DNA from: a virus
Lineage: Duplodnaviria; Caudoviricetes
Length of the DNA stretch: 64,000 nt
Strand: one strand, 5' to 3'
Virus record (IMG/VR): IMGVR_UViG_3300010347_001588
Span: 5,791-69,790 of that record
The notes under the pieces are model-generated. The model was not told the DNA's origin. It saw nothing but the letters and a program-made list of their open reading frames with translations, and did not search any database. Shown piece after piece: positions 47,118-56,877 of this stretch. The translations under genes were made by a program, and so were the position numbers. Within the stretch, counting starts at the first letter, position 1; each line of letters starts with the position of its first letter.

Positions 47118-48968
47118 ATGGCAGAGCAAGAATCAATATTTGAAGGTGTGGGAATTGATATTTTTGTGCGAAAACAGCGCCCAGGGTCTTATGTGGGTGA
47201 GGGATATATTATAGATGTGTTTCAGAATGGTGTTAAATTAGAGACGATCTATAAAGAAACGAAAAAAGAGGTTGCGGAAGTTTTAAAAGACTATAAGCGG
47301 CAATATGGTACGGAGCGTGCCTTTCAGAATGAGATTCAGTATCATATTACCTATAAATCTAAAGATTTTGATAAGCGAGGCGTTATGGACACCTACGATA
47401 ACGTATTATTAAAAAAAGCTGCCCAAGTACATGAATTATTATACCGCGTGATTGACCCGAGTACGCCAGTCAAGGTGCGTCAAGCGGCTAATGCGCTTGT
47501 GGAGGGGACATTTGACGTACTACCAGAAACTCCACTTGGAGGGCCTAACGAAGAGGCATCACCTACTACCTTAGATACGGATATTAATGAGGATACATTA
47601 AGTTCTGTCATTATTAGAGAGGTCATTAAGTATTTTGTAGATATTGCACCCTCAACGTCAACTGGTAAAGCTGAATGGCCTCCGAAGGATGATCTATATA
47701 ATACCATGAAAAAGTGGTTTAGTACGGTGAAAAAGCGTATTCGTGAGTATGCGACTACGAATAATAAAAATTTAAATCTTGAGCAGATTGCTAAGAAAGT
47801 AGCGGATGTATTACAATCTGGAGATATTAATAAATTACAGCCATACTCAGATGAAAAACTATCCAGCGAAATTGCCGCAAAGATTAAGGAAATTTCAATA
47901 TTAAAAGTAGGTGGAGACACGGAAATGGGGTCTAAAGATTTAACCAGTGGTATTTTAGGGAAGGCAGCATGCACGAAATTAGACACATTAAAGAACAAAT
48001 TATTAAATGTTGTGTCAGAAAGTAATGCGTCAGGTGGGGTCGGTGAGAATGATATTGAACAGTATATTGAGCGGCTTGATTCTGATGAGGAAGGTATCTT
48101 ACATAATATTTTATCTAATAAAGGGGATAAAAACCATTCTGAGCAGGCATTACAATCATATTTAGAGAACGATTTAATTCGTACTAATAAGATTGATAGA
48201 TATGCTTCAGAATGTTGGGACTATATAACAAAGTATGCCGGAATTTCTACGTTAGAGAAAGTGTATGAAGAATGGGTAAATACGACGGATTTATCTCTCA
48301 AGGAAGCTCAGATTATTTATGATGTCGTTTCTAATCATATAAATGACTTATTTAATGTGCGTAGTGCGCGATTAACCCAAGTGTTCGCACAGCAAGAACC
48401 GGAGATAATCAGCCAGTTTGCATCTACGGTGAATGCTACCAAGGTAGACGCCCTAACATTTGAGAACTTACCTAATCTTCTGAAGGATTCTGTGTTTTTA
48501 AATGGTATACTGCCCGATTTTATTATATTTTATGTTCGAAGGTTTGGTGGGAATTCCCCTGAGACACGCCCGAGAACGTTCGATGTTTTATTGTCTTTTA
48601 TGCAGTCTACCGTAAATGGTTCATTAACATTGATTCAACCGTATGCGAGAGATATTCATGGTGTGATGATTAAAGCACTATCAACTATTATTGGTGACAA
48701 GAAGAGAAATAAGATTACGTCTCTTGCAAATGGTAATGAGGGTAGTTTAGAGGCGCTCGTACCACAACTGTTTGAATCGTACATGACGAAGGATAATGTA
48801 CAACATGCTATTGACTTATTAGTATCGAAGGGGGTGATCAAGAAAGAAGATCTATTTCATCCAAATTCACCTGAACTAGGTGCAAGTGCTTCACCTGTGG
48901 AGTCTCAAGAGCAACATACGATTGGGGAGTCTCAAGCACAAAATATGGCAGAGGAGGTAGTGCAATAA
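47118..48968 (+). CDS. Hypothetical virion protein sharing a 50-aa domain with ORF 50042
   Basis: YASECWDYITKYAGISTLEKVYEEW... motif repeated in the ORF at 50042. Confidence 0.55.
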   Translation: MAEQESIFEGVGIDIFVRKQRPGSYVGEGYIIDVFQNGVKLETIYKETKKEVAEVLKDYKRQYGTERAFQNEIQYHITYKSKDFDKRGVMDTYDNVLLKKAAQVHELLYRVIDPSTPVKVRQAANALVEGTFDVLPETPLGGPNEEASPTTLDTDINEDTLSSVIIREVIKYFVDIAPSTSTGKAEWPPKDDLYNTMKKWFSTVKKRIREYATTNNKNLNLEQIAKKVADVLQSGDINKLQPYSDEKLSSEIAAKIKEISILKVGGDTEMGSKDLTSGILGKAACTKLDTLKNKLLNVVSESNASGGVGENDIEQYIERLDSDEEGILHNILSNKGDKNHSEQALQSYLENDLIRTNKIDRYASECWDYITKYAGISTLEKVYEEWVNTTDLSLKEAQIIYDVVSNHINDLFNVRSARLTQVFAQQEPEIISQFASTVNATKVDALTFENLPNLLKDSVFLNGILPDFIIFYVRRFGGNSPETRPRTFDVLLSFMQSTVNGSLTLIQPYARDIHGVMIKALSTIIGDKKRNKITSLANGNEGSLEALVPQLFESYMTKDNVQHAIDLLVSKGVIKKEDLFHPNSPELGASASPVESQEQHTIGESQAQNMAEEVVQ

Positions 48969-48998
48969 GAGTTACGATTCCGTATATCGTATAGTTGA

Positions 48999-49844
48999 TT
49001 AATTAAATAGTATTTTATATACGAAAACTGGTAATGGTGAATAGGTGAAGTTATATTCGTGAATTAGTCGGTATGCAACTTTATTAGTTGGTTCGATAGT
49101 TTTAAGGGTATATTGATCTAGCACCGCTTTTATTTGTGATGTATCTAATATATGTGCAAGTGATATAAGACGACTACATACGTTTATGGAATCATCGACT
49201 GGAATTTTTTTTCCATTCTCATCTATATACCTGACACCGCGGAAATACCATTTTGTGACGCGGGGTAGTTGTTGATTGTTTTTTATTGCTTCTTTAATAA
49301 TAGGATCTCCAAAATTCTTTTTTAATGTATATAGTATTTCTTTTAAATTAGTGATATCGATAGTGGTAAAATGCTTTTTAGTTGAGTACATATAGTTTAA
49401 ATAGGTTTTATTTTCTATATATTCAAAAAAGATAGATATTGGCCATGTGAACCCTTTTAGGTTTCCTTCTGCTTCTTGTTGATAGGTGTTTATTAGCACT
49501 TGATATAATAATTCCATGTTTTCCGGAGTTTGTTCGTAGTGGTTTGTTAGGGCACCATTCGTAATAAAGTCCATGTAGAGTGTCTTTATCAAAACGTCTC
49601 GTAAGGTTATAGAGTCCAAGTTTTCTTTGATAACTGTTTCTACCTTTTTGAAGTCTATCCATTCCATATTACAGTAATCAAATGTGGATGTAAGATATAG
49701 CAATTTCCGAAATCGATTTGCATATATGTGCTCCATAACATATAGAATATATTGATACGGATTTTCCAGTTTGATATCCAGCAAACCCATTGGGGGCTTT
49801 AGATATTTGAGGCTACGTGTGTATGGTGAGAGTCTCTTTGACAT
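48999..49844 (-). CDS. Hypothetical protein on the opposite strand with its own promoter (moron-like)
   Basis: AAGGGG RBS before MSKRLSPY; Tyr/Ile-rich; no motif recognised. Confidence 0.6.
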   Translation of the reverse strand: MSKRLSPYTRSLKYLKPPMGLLDIKLENPYQYILYVMEHIYANRFRKLLYLTSTFDYCNMEWIDFKKVETVIKENLDSITLRDVLIKTLYMDFITNGALTNHYEQTPENMELLYQVLINTYQQEAEGNLKGFTWPISIFFEYIENKTYLNYMYSTKKHFTTIDITNLKEILYTLKKNFGDPIIKEAIKNNQQLPRVTKWYFRGVRYIDENGKKIPVDDSINVCSRLISLAHILDTSQIKAVLDQYTLKTIEPTNKVAYRLIHEYNFTYSPLPVFVYKILFN

Positions 49845-49873
49845 ATCGTTTTCCCCTTTTCTTATGATAATAT

Positions 49874-49902
49874 AATGTATAAAAATACTTGTCACATGTC
49901 AA
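49874..49902 (-). promoter_or_regulatory. Sigma70-type promoter
   Basis: TTGACA-N17-TACATT upstream of 49844. Confidence 0.65.
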
Positions 49903-50041
49903 CTATTTTTTAATTTTTTTGGTACTTTCATTTAATATTTTTTTATTTTTAGATATAAATTTGGGTTAAATTTTTATATTTTGTTATGATAATTTTTAGT
50001 ATTGGAGTATTGTAAATTAACTGGTACGGTAAGGTGGTTTT

Positions 50042-50596
50042 ATGGGCGTGTTTAAATCATCGGCACAAAAGTCAATCTCTGTGAAGCAATCTGGTAATTT
50101 ATATCAAGATTGTTGGAATTATATTTCTTCCTATGAAGGTGTTGATACATTAGAAAATGTCTACACAAAGTGGGCATCGAAAAATGATCTCGATTTATTT
50201 ACGGCTAAAGTTATATGGGATAAATTGATGACTAATATTAGTGATATGTATAAGCATACTGCGGATACGATTATTAATATCGAGGATAATGATGATGATA
50301 ATCCTGCAATTACTATGAAAGAGGTGTCGGATGAATTGAACAAGCGGGATATGACCACCAAGAATGTTGTGGCTCCACCTATGCCTAACGTAAGTATACC
50401 CCAGACCACCTCACCAACACAAACTCCATTGAGATCGATGAGTCCTGCGGTTGCGCCAACCAACAAGCCTAACGCACCGCTTGGACCTGCCGACGGGACT
50501 TCACCGCTTGAGAAGACATCCCCGTCTCCAATAAATAGCCCAGCTAATGCTAATAAGAATCAAGAACGTACCATCGTTGATTTATTAAGTGATTAA
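50042..50596 (+). CDS. Hypothetical protein: shared helical domain plus a Pro/Thr/Ser-rich tail
   Basis: LYQDCWNYISSYEGVDTLENVYTKW... paralogous to part of ORF 47118. Confidence 0.6.
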   Translation: MGVFKSSAQKSISVKQSGNLYQDCWNYISSYEGVDTLENVYTKWASKNDLDLFTAKVIWDKLMTNISDMYKHTADTIINIEDNDDDNPAITMKEVSDELNKRDMTTKNVVAPPMPNVSIPQTTSPTQTPLRSMSPAVAPTNKPNAPLGPADGTSPLEKTSPSPINSPANANKNQERTIVDLLSD

Positions 50597-50682
50597 CGAT
50601 ATTTTTTGGGTTGAGTACTTAAAAATTTTAATTTTTTCTTATACTTCTAGTGTACTGATATTAATATTATTATCAACATTAT

Positions 50683-52698
50683 ATGGCTGGACCTACAGTA
50701 GATAGCGCAAATTTTGACCCACTGGCAAATGTGCCGCCTGAGAGTGGCCCGGGGAGTAAAACGCCGCCCGATCCGCTCTACGGTGTGCAAACTCCTATTG
50801 GGGGTTCCAAGACATTACCTCAAGGTGAAAAAGGTGCGCCACCTAAGCCACCGGCAGGTGGTTTACCACCACTTGGAGGACCTCCTCTGGGAGGGCCGTC
50901 GCTTGGAGGACCGCCACCGATGTCTGCAGATATTGCTGATATGCAATTATTAACTCGTGGGTCGGAATCACTTGTTGAGGATATTGATACTTTAATCTCT
51001 AAAGATTCTAAATATAGCCATTCAGTAGAAGCGCTAATAAATGGCTTATTAGATATGGGTTGGGATATTGATCAATTGAAGAAATATATTCGGAAATCAA
51101 AGAAGCCCGCCAAAGAATTTTTTTCTGTAATAGTGAAATCATTGAAGTCTAATGGATTATTAGATACTGCTAATAAATTAGAACAAATGATATCAACTTC
51201 ATCTACTAATCTAGTAGGACAACCTGATACAACTGGTATAAAACCACCATTAAAACAATCAGAAAGAGGTATTTCTATGGGTAAAAGATTTATTGTGAGG
51301 AATGGTTCTGTAGAAGAAGCTCAATCTTCCGCAAGCGTAATCTTAGAAAATTTATTTAAAGCTATGCGAAAAGCTGCTTCTGCAATCCGTGAGTACGAAA
51401 CTGCGAACCTGATGTTAGTTGGGAAGATTGCTTTAGAGAAAGATGCTGTTGGTGATCTTGCTAAAGGTGATCTTGCTGCAGGTGATATGTTGGGTGAAGG
51501 TTTCGAGGAAGATGGTCTTGGTGAAGGGGTATCAGATTTAAAATCGGAAGTCAAAGAAAAACTGAACGAGATTGAATCTGCTATTTCTGAACTTAAGAAG
51601 ATTATCTCTGAGGGAGAGTCTGAATTATTGGATGTGGAATCTCCTTTGAATGCTGAAGAGTCATTATCATTAGAAGATGGTCTCAAAAAGGCAAAAGAAG
51701 TCCTGTCGAAGGCACGTTCAGTGTATGCTTGTGCGATTGAAGATAAGAAGAAAAAAGAAAAATCGAATGACGCAATGAGCATGGCACTTGGAAAGAAGAG
51801 TGCAGCTGAAGGTGAGAAAGACAAAAAAGACGACAAAAAGGACGAGAAAAAGGACGACAAAAAGAAGAAAGAGGATGATGATGAGGATGATGATTCGGAA
51901 GTGAAGAAAGATAAAGGAACTAAAAAAGAAAAAGACGCCGCGGAGCTTGGTGAAGATGCTTCCACACTTGAAGGTTTAATTAAGCGTGTGCGTGCAAAAC
52001 TTCTGAATGAAGTGGAAAAGAAAGAAGCGCAGTTATATCCGTTTAAAGACATCTCTGGGAATGCGTCAAAAGTTGATAATATCAATGAAACCTCGGCGCA
52101 GCAGGCTAAATCGACGAGTGATAAATTCATGAAGGGTGAAATGAAGAAAATGAAAGATAGCCCGACTGTGAATGCTGCTCCGTATTCGTATGATTCTATC
52201 CCTGTTTCGTCTGATGGTAAGAATGCTGCTCCTAAAAAAGTTTCTTCACTTGAAGAATCTAGTTTAATTAATAAGGCGAAATTAGCGGTTGAGCTTGCAT
52301 CACAACAGCAATTAAAAGGTCTTATTGAAAATCCTCTGAAGACTTCTATTGTGCGTGGTTTAGCTGAAGCAGGTATCGATCCTGCATTAGCTGAAACTGT
52401 GGTGCATAACGCATTTATTGATGCGTATGAAGATTCTCAGAAGATTATTATCAAAGAAGCGTTTGATAATTTTGTTCATAAAGATATCAACGAATTTATT
52501 AAGATTGCGAAGTTTGTACGTAAGTATTCTGGTGAGGGTGTGGTGGATGCTGCGATATCTTCTGAACAGGAACAGGCAAACAATGATGTAGTAAAGACTG
52601 CGAGTGTTGCGTTAAAACCGTCTAAGGTTTCTAACGTAAAGGATGATGAGATTAAAAAGTATTGGAACACTGTAAAGTATAACAGACGAGGATTTTAA
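50683..52698 (+). CDS. Probable capsid scaffolding protein
   Basis: Directly upstream of the decoration and capsid genes; Pro/Gly-rich N-terminus, coiled-coils, K/D/E tract. Confidence 0.55.
   Translation: MAGPTVDSANFDPLANVPPESGPGSKTPPDPLYGVQTPIGGSKTLPQGEKGAPPKPPAGGLPPLGGPPLGGPSLGGPPPMSADIADMQLLTRGSESLVEDIDTLISKDSKYSHSVEALINGLLDMGWDIDQLKKYIRKSKKPAKEFFSVIVKSLKSNGLLDTANKLEQMISTSSTNLVGQPDTTGIKPPLKQSERGISMGKRFIVRNGSVEEAQSSASVILENLFKAMRKAASAIREYETANLMLVGKIALEKDAVGDLAKGDLAAGDMLGEGFEEDGLGEGVSDLKSEVKEKLNEIESAISELKKIISEGESELLDVESPLNAEESLSLEDGLKKAKEVLSKARSVYACAIEDKKKKEKSNDAMSMALGKKSAAEGEKDKKDDKKDEKKDDKKKKEDDDEDDDSEVKKDKGTKKEKDAAELGEDASTLEGLIKRVRAKLLNEVEKKEAQLYPFKDISGNASKVDNINETSAQQAKSTSDKFMKGEMKKMKDSPTVNAAPYSYDSIPVSSDGKNAAPKKVSSLEESSLINKAKLAVELASQQQLKGLIENPLKTSIVRGLAEAGIDPALAETVVHNAFIDAYEDSQKIIIKEAFDNFVHKDINEFIKIAKFVRKYSGEGVVDAAISSEQEQANNDVVKTASVALKPSKVSNVKDDEIKKYWNTVKYNRRGF
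50850..50919 (+). repeat. In-frame 15-bp repeats encoding (PPLGG)n
   Basis: GGLPPLGGPPLGGPSLGGPPP. Confidence 0.75.
51817..51895 (+). repeat. In-frame 12-bp repeats encoding (DDKK/DEKK)n followed by poly-Asp/Glu
   Basis: aaagacgacaaaaaggacgagaaaaaggacgacaaaaag...gaggatgatgatgaggatgatgat. Confidence 0.75.
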
Positions 52699-52715
52699 CA
52701 TAAGGAGGAAAGTTT

Positions 52716-53432
52716 ATGAGTGAACTTCCTGGAATTGGGCGTAATGGTCTTATTAATTCTGTTCGCCGTTTAAGCGGTGGGACAAACCCTGGTTATCGGA
52801 AAGTCAGTTCAAGTGCAAGTTTTATTGCTGGTCAAGTTGCTGCACTTGGTTCTGATGCGAACGGCAACCCGGTGCTCGAAGTGGCTAATGCTACCAGTAA
52901 AAAAGTAGTTGGTATCTTTTTCTGCCATAAGACGAGCGTTTTTTATCAACCAGTAGTGTGTGAAGCACAGACATTTGGGGCGGGTGAGAATACAGCATTT
53001 GTGGTGTATTTGAATCATGCTAATCTTAAATCTGGTTCGATTGTTGTTGAAGATGTTAATGGTACTGATTATACCGTAACAACTGATTATACGGTTAATA
53101 CTACTAATGGTACTATTACGCGGACATCGACTGGATTCATTGGAGCGACTGATACGATATATGTAACGTATATGTATCAAGATATGTCGCTTACTGGAAT
53201 CGACCAGACTCTTGGTTCTGGCTGTGCGGCTACCATTGAGGATTTTGGTGAACTTGCGACGTTAGTATATGATACCTCTGTTGCATACAGCATAATGGCG
53301 AAGCTGTATAGTGATGCTAATGGGTATTTAACCACAACGAGTGGTGGTGGGGCTGTAGTTGGCTATGTAACGAAAGTTCCCACGGTTGATGATCCTGAGT
53401 TGCATTTCAAACTCAGTATTAATAATGCGTAA
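52716..53432 (+). CDS. Probable capsid decoration/cement protein with an Ig-like insertion
   Basis: Between the scaffold and MCP genes; Gly/Thr/Val beta-rich; TDYTVNTTNGTITR...IYVTYMY insert. Confidence 0.55.
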   Translation: MSELPGIGRNGLINSVRRLSGGTNPGYRKVSSSASFIAGQVAALGSDANGNPVLEVANATSKKVVGIFFCHKTSVFYQPVVCEAQTFGAGENTAFVVYLNHANLKSGSIVVEDVNGTDYTVTTDYTVNTTNGTITRTSTGFIGATDTIYVTYMYQDMSLTGIDQTLGSGCAATIEDFGELATLVYDTSVAYSIMAKLYSDANGYLTTTSGGGAVVGYVTKVPTVDDPELHFKLSINNA

Positions 53433-53446
53433 TGGAGGTATTATCT

Positions 53447-54592
53447 ATGTGGGCAAACGGAATGAAGAAGAAAACCGCATCGATTAAGCACAACGAAAAG
53501 CTTTTAAATCCTAAAGCTTTTGGTGGTTATGATAGTCGCGGTCGTGAAGTAGAATCTAAGTATGACATGTTTAACTCGAAAGGTGAAATGAATGCTTATG
53601 ATAAGAAAGAAGTTCTCGACAATCAAATAAAGTTTGCGAAACTTCGTGAAAAATATCAGAAATCGGCAGATCATTCCACCTTCTTTAATTCGGAAGAAAA
53701 GCAGCGCCTTGTTGAATCGGTGATGACTGGTTCGGAAGAAGATCGTTATAAATTCGCTGCTGAGATGATTCCGCTTATTCTGGAACGTCTGGACTATGAG
53801 GGCTTTATCCGTCAAGTTTTTAAGACGCATGAAGTGGCATATGGTCAGATTATTTCCTACGAAAAAGATATCAATGTGACTGCCCTTGTGATTCAGAATG
53901 ATGGTCATACCATTGCATCGGTAGTTAAGGGTGATCGTGTGTTCCCTCCGGAATTCTGGGTAACTGCATATCCTAAGATTGATGTTGCTGAAATTGCTCA
54001 GAGGCAGTTTGATATCGTTGAGCGTGCTCATGACAAAGCGGTGTTCCAGATCATGCTCCAAGAAGACCGGAATGGGCTTCGTGAGCTTTATAGCGCCGCT
54101 ACGCTTGAAAACTCAATGATCAATATTACTTCGACTATTAATAAGTCTGTATTAGAATCTCTGCAGCATGAGGTTGAAAGGCATCGTCTGCAAGTTGATA
54201 AGTTTATCATCAATCGTGCTGAGCTTGGTGATTTAAAGAAAAATATCAATGCGATGGAATTCGATCCTGTTACCTCACGGGATGTGTTAACAACTGGTGT
54301 GTTTAGTAGCATTTGGGGTGTTAACATTTATGTGAGTGCTGGTGTCGATGAGCCTGGCAAACAGAACGTGTCCGTACCTCCTGGAGTAGTGTTCGCAGTA
54401 ACTGAAGGTTCAACGCTTGGTGCAATGCCGATTCGTATCGGTCTTACCATGTACCCTGCTGATCAGTTTATGTTCGGTCAATTCCAGTATGGCTACCTGT
54501 TTGGGGAGCTTATTGGTATGACTGTTGTGAACCCTCGTGCGGTGGCTGTTGGGGTGAAGTCTTCTGCAACTATACCTGCTTGGTTAGCGTAA
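53447..54592 (+). CDS. Major capsid protein (HK97 fold)
   Basis: 381 aa; GGAGG RBS before MWANG; highly biased codons; LDYEGFIRQVF, EFDPVTSRDVLTTGVFSSIWGVNIYVS, GELIGMTVVNPRAV; followed by a strong terminator. Confidence 0.8.
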   Translation: MWANGMKKKTASIKHNEKLLNPKAFGGYDSRGREVESKYDMFNSKGEMNAYDKKEVLDNQIKFAKLREKYQKSADHSTFFNSEEKQRLVESVMTGSEEDRYKFAAEMIPLILERLDYEGFIRQVFKTHEVAYGQIISYEKDINVTALVIQNDGHTIASVVKGDRVFPPEFWVTAYPKIDVAEIAQRQFDIVERAHDKAVFQIMLQEDRNGLRELYSAATLENSMINITSTINKSVLESLQHEVERHRLQVDKFIINRAELGDLKKNINAMEFDPVTSRDVLTTGVFSSIWGVNIYVSAGVDEPGKQNVSVPPGVVFAVTEGSTLGAMPIRIGLTMYPADQFMFGQFQYGYLFGELIGMTVVNPRAVAVGVKSSATIPAWLA

Positions 54593-54602
54593 TTTTTATG
54601 AT

Positions 54603-54640
54603 AGAAAGAGAGCCCCGAAATGGGGCTCTCTTTCTCTTTG
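54603..54640 (+). terminator. Rho-independent terminator after the capsid gene
   Basis: 14-bp stem agaaagagagcccc-gaaat-ggggctctctttct followed by a T-rich tail. Confidence 0.88.
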
Positions 54641-54692
54641 AATGTAAAAATGTCGATACTATAGTATAAATCATAATACTAGGAGAAATGAT

Positions 54693-55514
54693 ATGAATTT
54701 AGAACATCAAGAACTTCTAAAACAAAAAATTATTGAAGATCAGAAGACTGTGGTGGATAGTGAGGTTAGTAATCCTGTGGAGCCTCAAGTTGGTAAATCT
54801 GAAAATACTATGAAGGAAAAAATTGCTGCTTTGGAAGCAGAAATTAGTTCCCTTTCTAATTCGAAGCCATATACCCCCGCTACCCAAAGTGCCACCTCAC
54901 CTAGAGTCTATGATGATGAATACGGTAATGAAACTTTCTATTATAAGAATATATCTGGTGGTCATATCGTATTGAGCGATTTAGCTGGTGGAATTAAGAT
55001 TGAAATAGGAGATGTGGTGGACTTATTGCAGTATGCTGATGTGGAGGCGATTCGCAAATCACGGGATTTGAAGATTACCTCCAATCCTAGATCGGGCGTT
55101 GCATGGTTAAAGCGTTTGACGGAAGGTGAATATTTTGAAGAAAAATCTAAGATTGCGGAAAATCTTAAGCGTAAATTAGCGTTACAAAGACAAGTAGCGC
55201 AGGATGCACAAGCAATCGAAGCTACCGTTACTCCTCCGATGAGCATGCCAGTGTCACCATCGCAAACTATATCAAACTCGATTAAAACGGCAGAAGTGAG
55301 AACAGACATTCAATCAAAGTTACATAAATTATCATTATTTTTTGATTCTAATCCTTCAGTTGCACAGTATGGTATTGACCCTATTTCCTTCATTGAGTGG
55401 GCAGATGCAGCACAGTTATCTCATGATGAGATTGATATGATTTTAGGTCATCCGAGTGTTATGAAGAGCCCGGATATTAAAACAGCATTGTTGAAAAAGA
55501 AGGCGAGTTTGTAA
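54693..55514 (+). CDS. Hypothetical virion-associated protein
   Basis: AGGAG RBS; located after the MCP gene. Confidence 0.6.
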   Translation: MNLEHQELLKQKIIEDQKTVVDSEVSNPVEPQVGKSENTMKEKIAALEAEISSLSNSKPYTPATQSATSPRVYDDEYGNETFYYKNISGGHIVLSDLAGGIKIEIGDVVDLLQYADVEAIRKSRDLKITSNPRSGVAWLKRLTEGEYFEEKSKIAENLKRKLALQRQVAQDAQAIEATVTPPMSMPVSPSQTISNSIKTAEVRTDIQSKLHKLSLFFDSNPSVAQYGIDPISFIEWADAAQLSHDEIDMILGHPSVMKSPDIKTALLKKKASL

Positions 55515-55517
55515 CAG

Positions 55518-56435
55518 ATGTTAGAATCATTTAATATTGTCCAACGAAATGATACGACGATTACCTTCACATCTTCGGAAATCGAAGATGCGGATTATGT
55601 GGTATTTGTAGTCTATGATACTTCCACTGGGGTATCATTATTAGATGATTATTATTGTTGGAAAACGACGACGTATGAATCATCTACTGGTGATATTTAT
55701 TTTGCGATTGATAACACGAAGTTATATCAATCCGATGCTACAAATATTAGCAATTATGGGGTGTTTAATCGGCGTAGTTTTTATGTGTTAACCTATATTG
55801 AATATCAAATGTTGATGGACTTATTGATACGTTTAGATTTAGTACGGCGTAGATTGCCAAATCCTGGATTTGGGGTGTCATCGGTTAATGATATTGGTCA
55901 GAATGGTATGGTGACCTTTTCTGGTGGTTTTGATAAGAAGATGACCGTTGGTGAAATTATGTATATGATGGCTGGTGCCATTGTTGAGATTAATGCATCA
56001 CCACCACGGACATTTTTTTGGCCTATGTTTTACGATTCAGAATCCGATTCGGTTTACAATCCATATTATAAGAATATGGGAGTACCATATGATATGCGTG
56101 ATTTAGTGGTTTTAGGCACACTAATTCGATGTCTGGTTGCCCTCGGAATTCTCGAAGTAGATATAAATTTTTCAACTACGGATTCTGGGTTGCAGATTAC
56201 ATTTGATCGTGTTGGGAGTATTAAAGGGTGGCACGATCAATTGTTGGCGGAATATAAAGAAATGAAATCCTTATTCAAATGGAACCATGCAAATCATGCG
56301 GGGATTGGGGTTGGTACCGCGCCGTGGGCTGTTTTTGGTATTTGGGGAACTTTAATGAACAACGTGCAGGCTGGTGGTGCCTTAGCATTATCTTCATTAT
56401 TAGGATTTAATCAGAGGGGGAATGTGCCACTATGA
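55518..56435 (+). CDS. Probable head-tail adaptor/neck protein
   Basis: Position after the capsid genes; helical C-half LVVLGTLIRCL...FSTTDSGLQITFDR...QLLAEYKEMK resembles adaptor proteins. Confidence 0.45.
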   Translation: MLESFNIVQRNDTTITFTSSEIEDADYVVFVVYDTSTGVSLLDDYYCWKTTTYESSTGDIYFAIDNTKLYQSDATNISNYGVFNRRSFYVLTYIEYQMLMDLLIRLDLVRRRLPNPGFGVSSVNDIGQNGMVTFSGGFDKKMTVGEIMYMMAGAIVEINASPPRTFFWPMFYDSESDSVYNPYYKNMGVPYDMRDLVVLGTLIRCLVALGILEVDINFSTTDSGLQITFDRVGSIKGWHDQLLAEYKEMKSLFKWNHANHAGIGVGTAPWAVFGIWGTLMNNVQAGGALALSSLLGFNQRGNVPL

Positions 56436-56653
56436 TTAATGAACATATTAACTATGAGACTGTAAATTTAAATGATCATACTCTCTTAGCAAAAATTCAT
56501 AAAGACCAATTTATTAATAGTCCTGTATTTATTGAGCATGTGGCTTCGGATTTGGGTATTGATAGTATTGCGTATAATTATCGAATTAATCAGGAGGGTA
56601 ATTTTATTAATATCTTTTTTCAGATTGATAACGGCGATAATGGTGGTGTATAG
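56432..56653 (+). CDS. Hypothetical protein (73 aa)
   Basis: ATGA overlap with the upstream gene. Confidence 0.5.
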   Translation: MINEHINYETVNLNDHTLLAKIHKDQFINSPVFIEHVASDLGIDSIAYNYRINQEGNFINIFFQIDNGDNGGV

Positions 56654-56874
56654 GTTTTTGCGAGGACTTTTCGTTTATAAATCATTCCTTGTACAGTTGC
56701 TTCATTGATTAATGTATCTATTTTTGTAAAACTTGATAATATTAATTGTTTTTCTTCTTCGGAGCAATTTAGTGTTTGTAATTGTTCCTGAAGTACTTTT
56801 TCTGCGAGAGATTTATCATAGAGTGAATGTTTGAGAACGAGATTGATGTTAATAGACTCATTTGATGGTTTCAT
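56620..56874 (-). CDS. Hypothetical protein (84 aa), opposite strand
   Basis: GAGG RBS; co-transcribed with 56878-57267. Confidence 0.5.
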   Translation of the reverse strand: MKPSNESININLVLKHSLYDKSLAEKVLQEQLQTLNCSEEEKQLILSSFTKIDTLINEATVQGMIYKRKVLAKTYTPPLSPLSI

Positions 56875-56877
56875 ACA

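Noticed and set aside
51321-52130. 269-aa Ser/Phe-rich minus-strand ORF
   Set aside because: Antisense shadow of the Lys/Glu/Asp-rich scaffold gene
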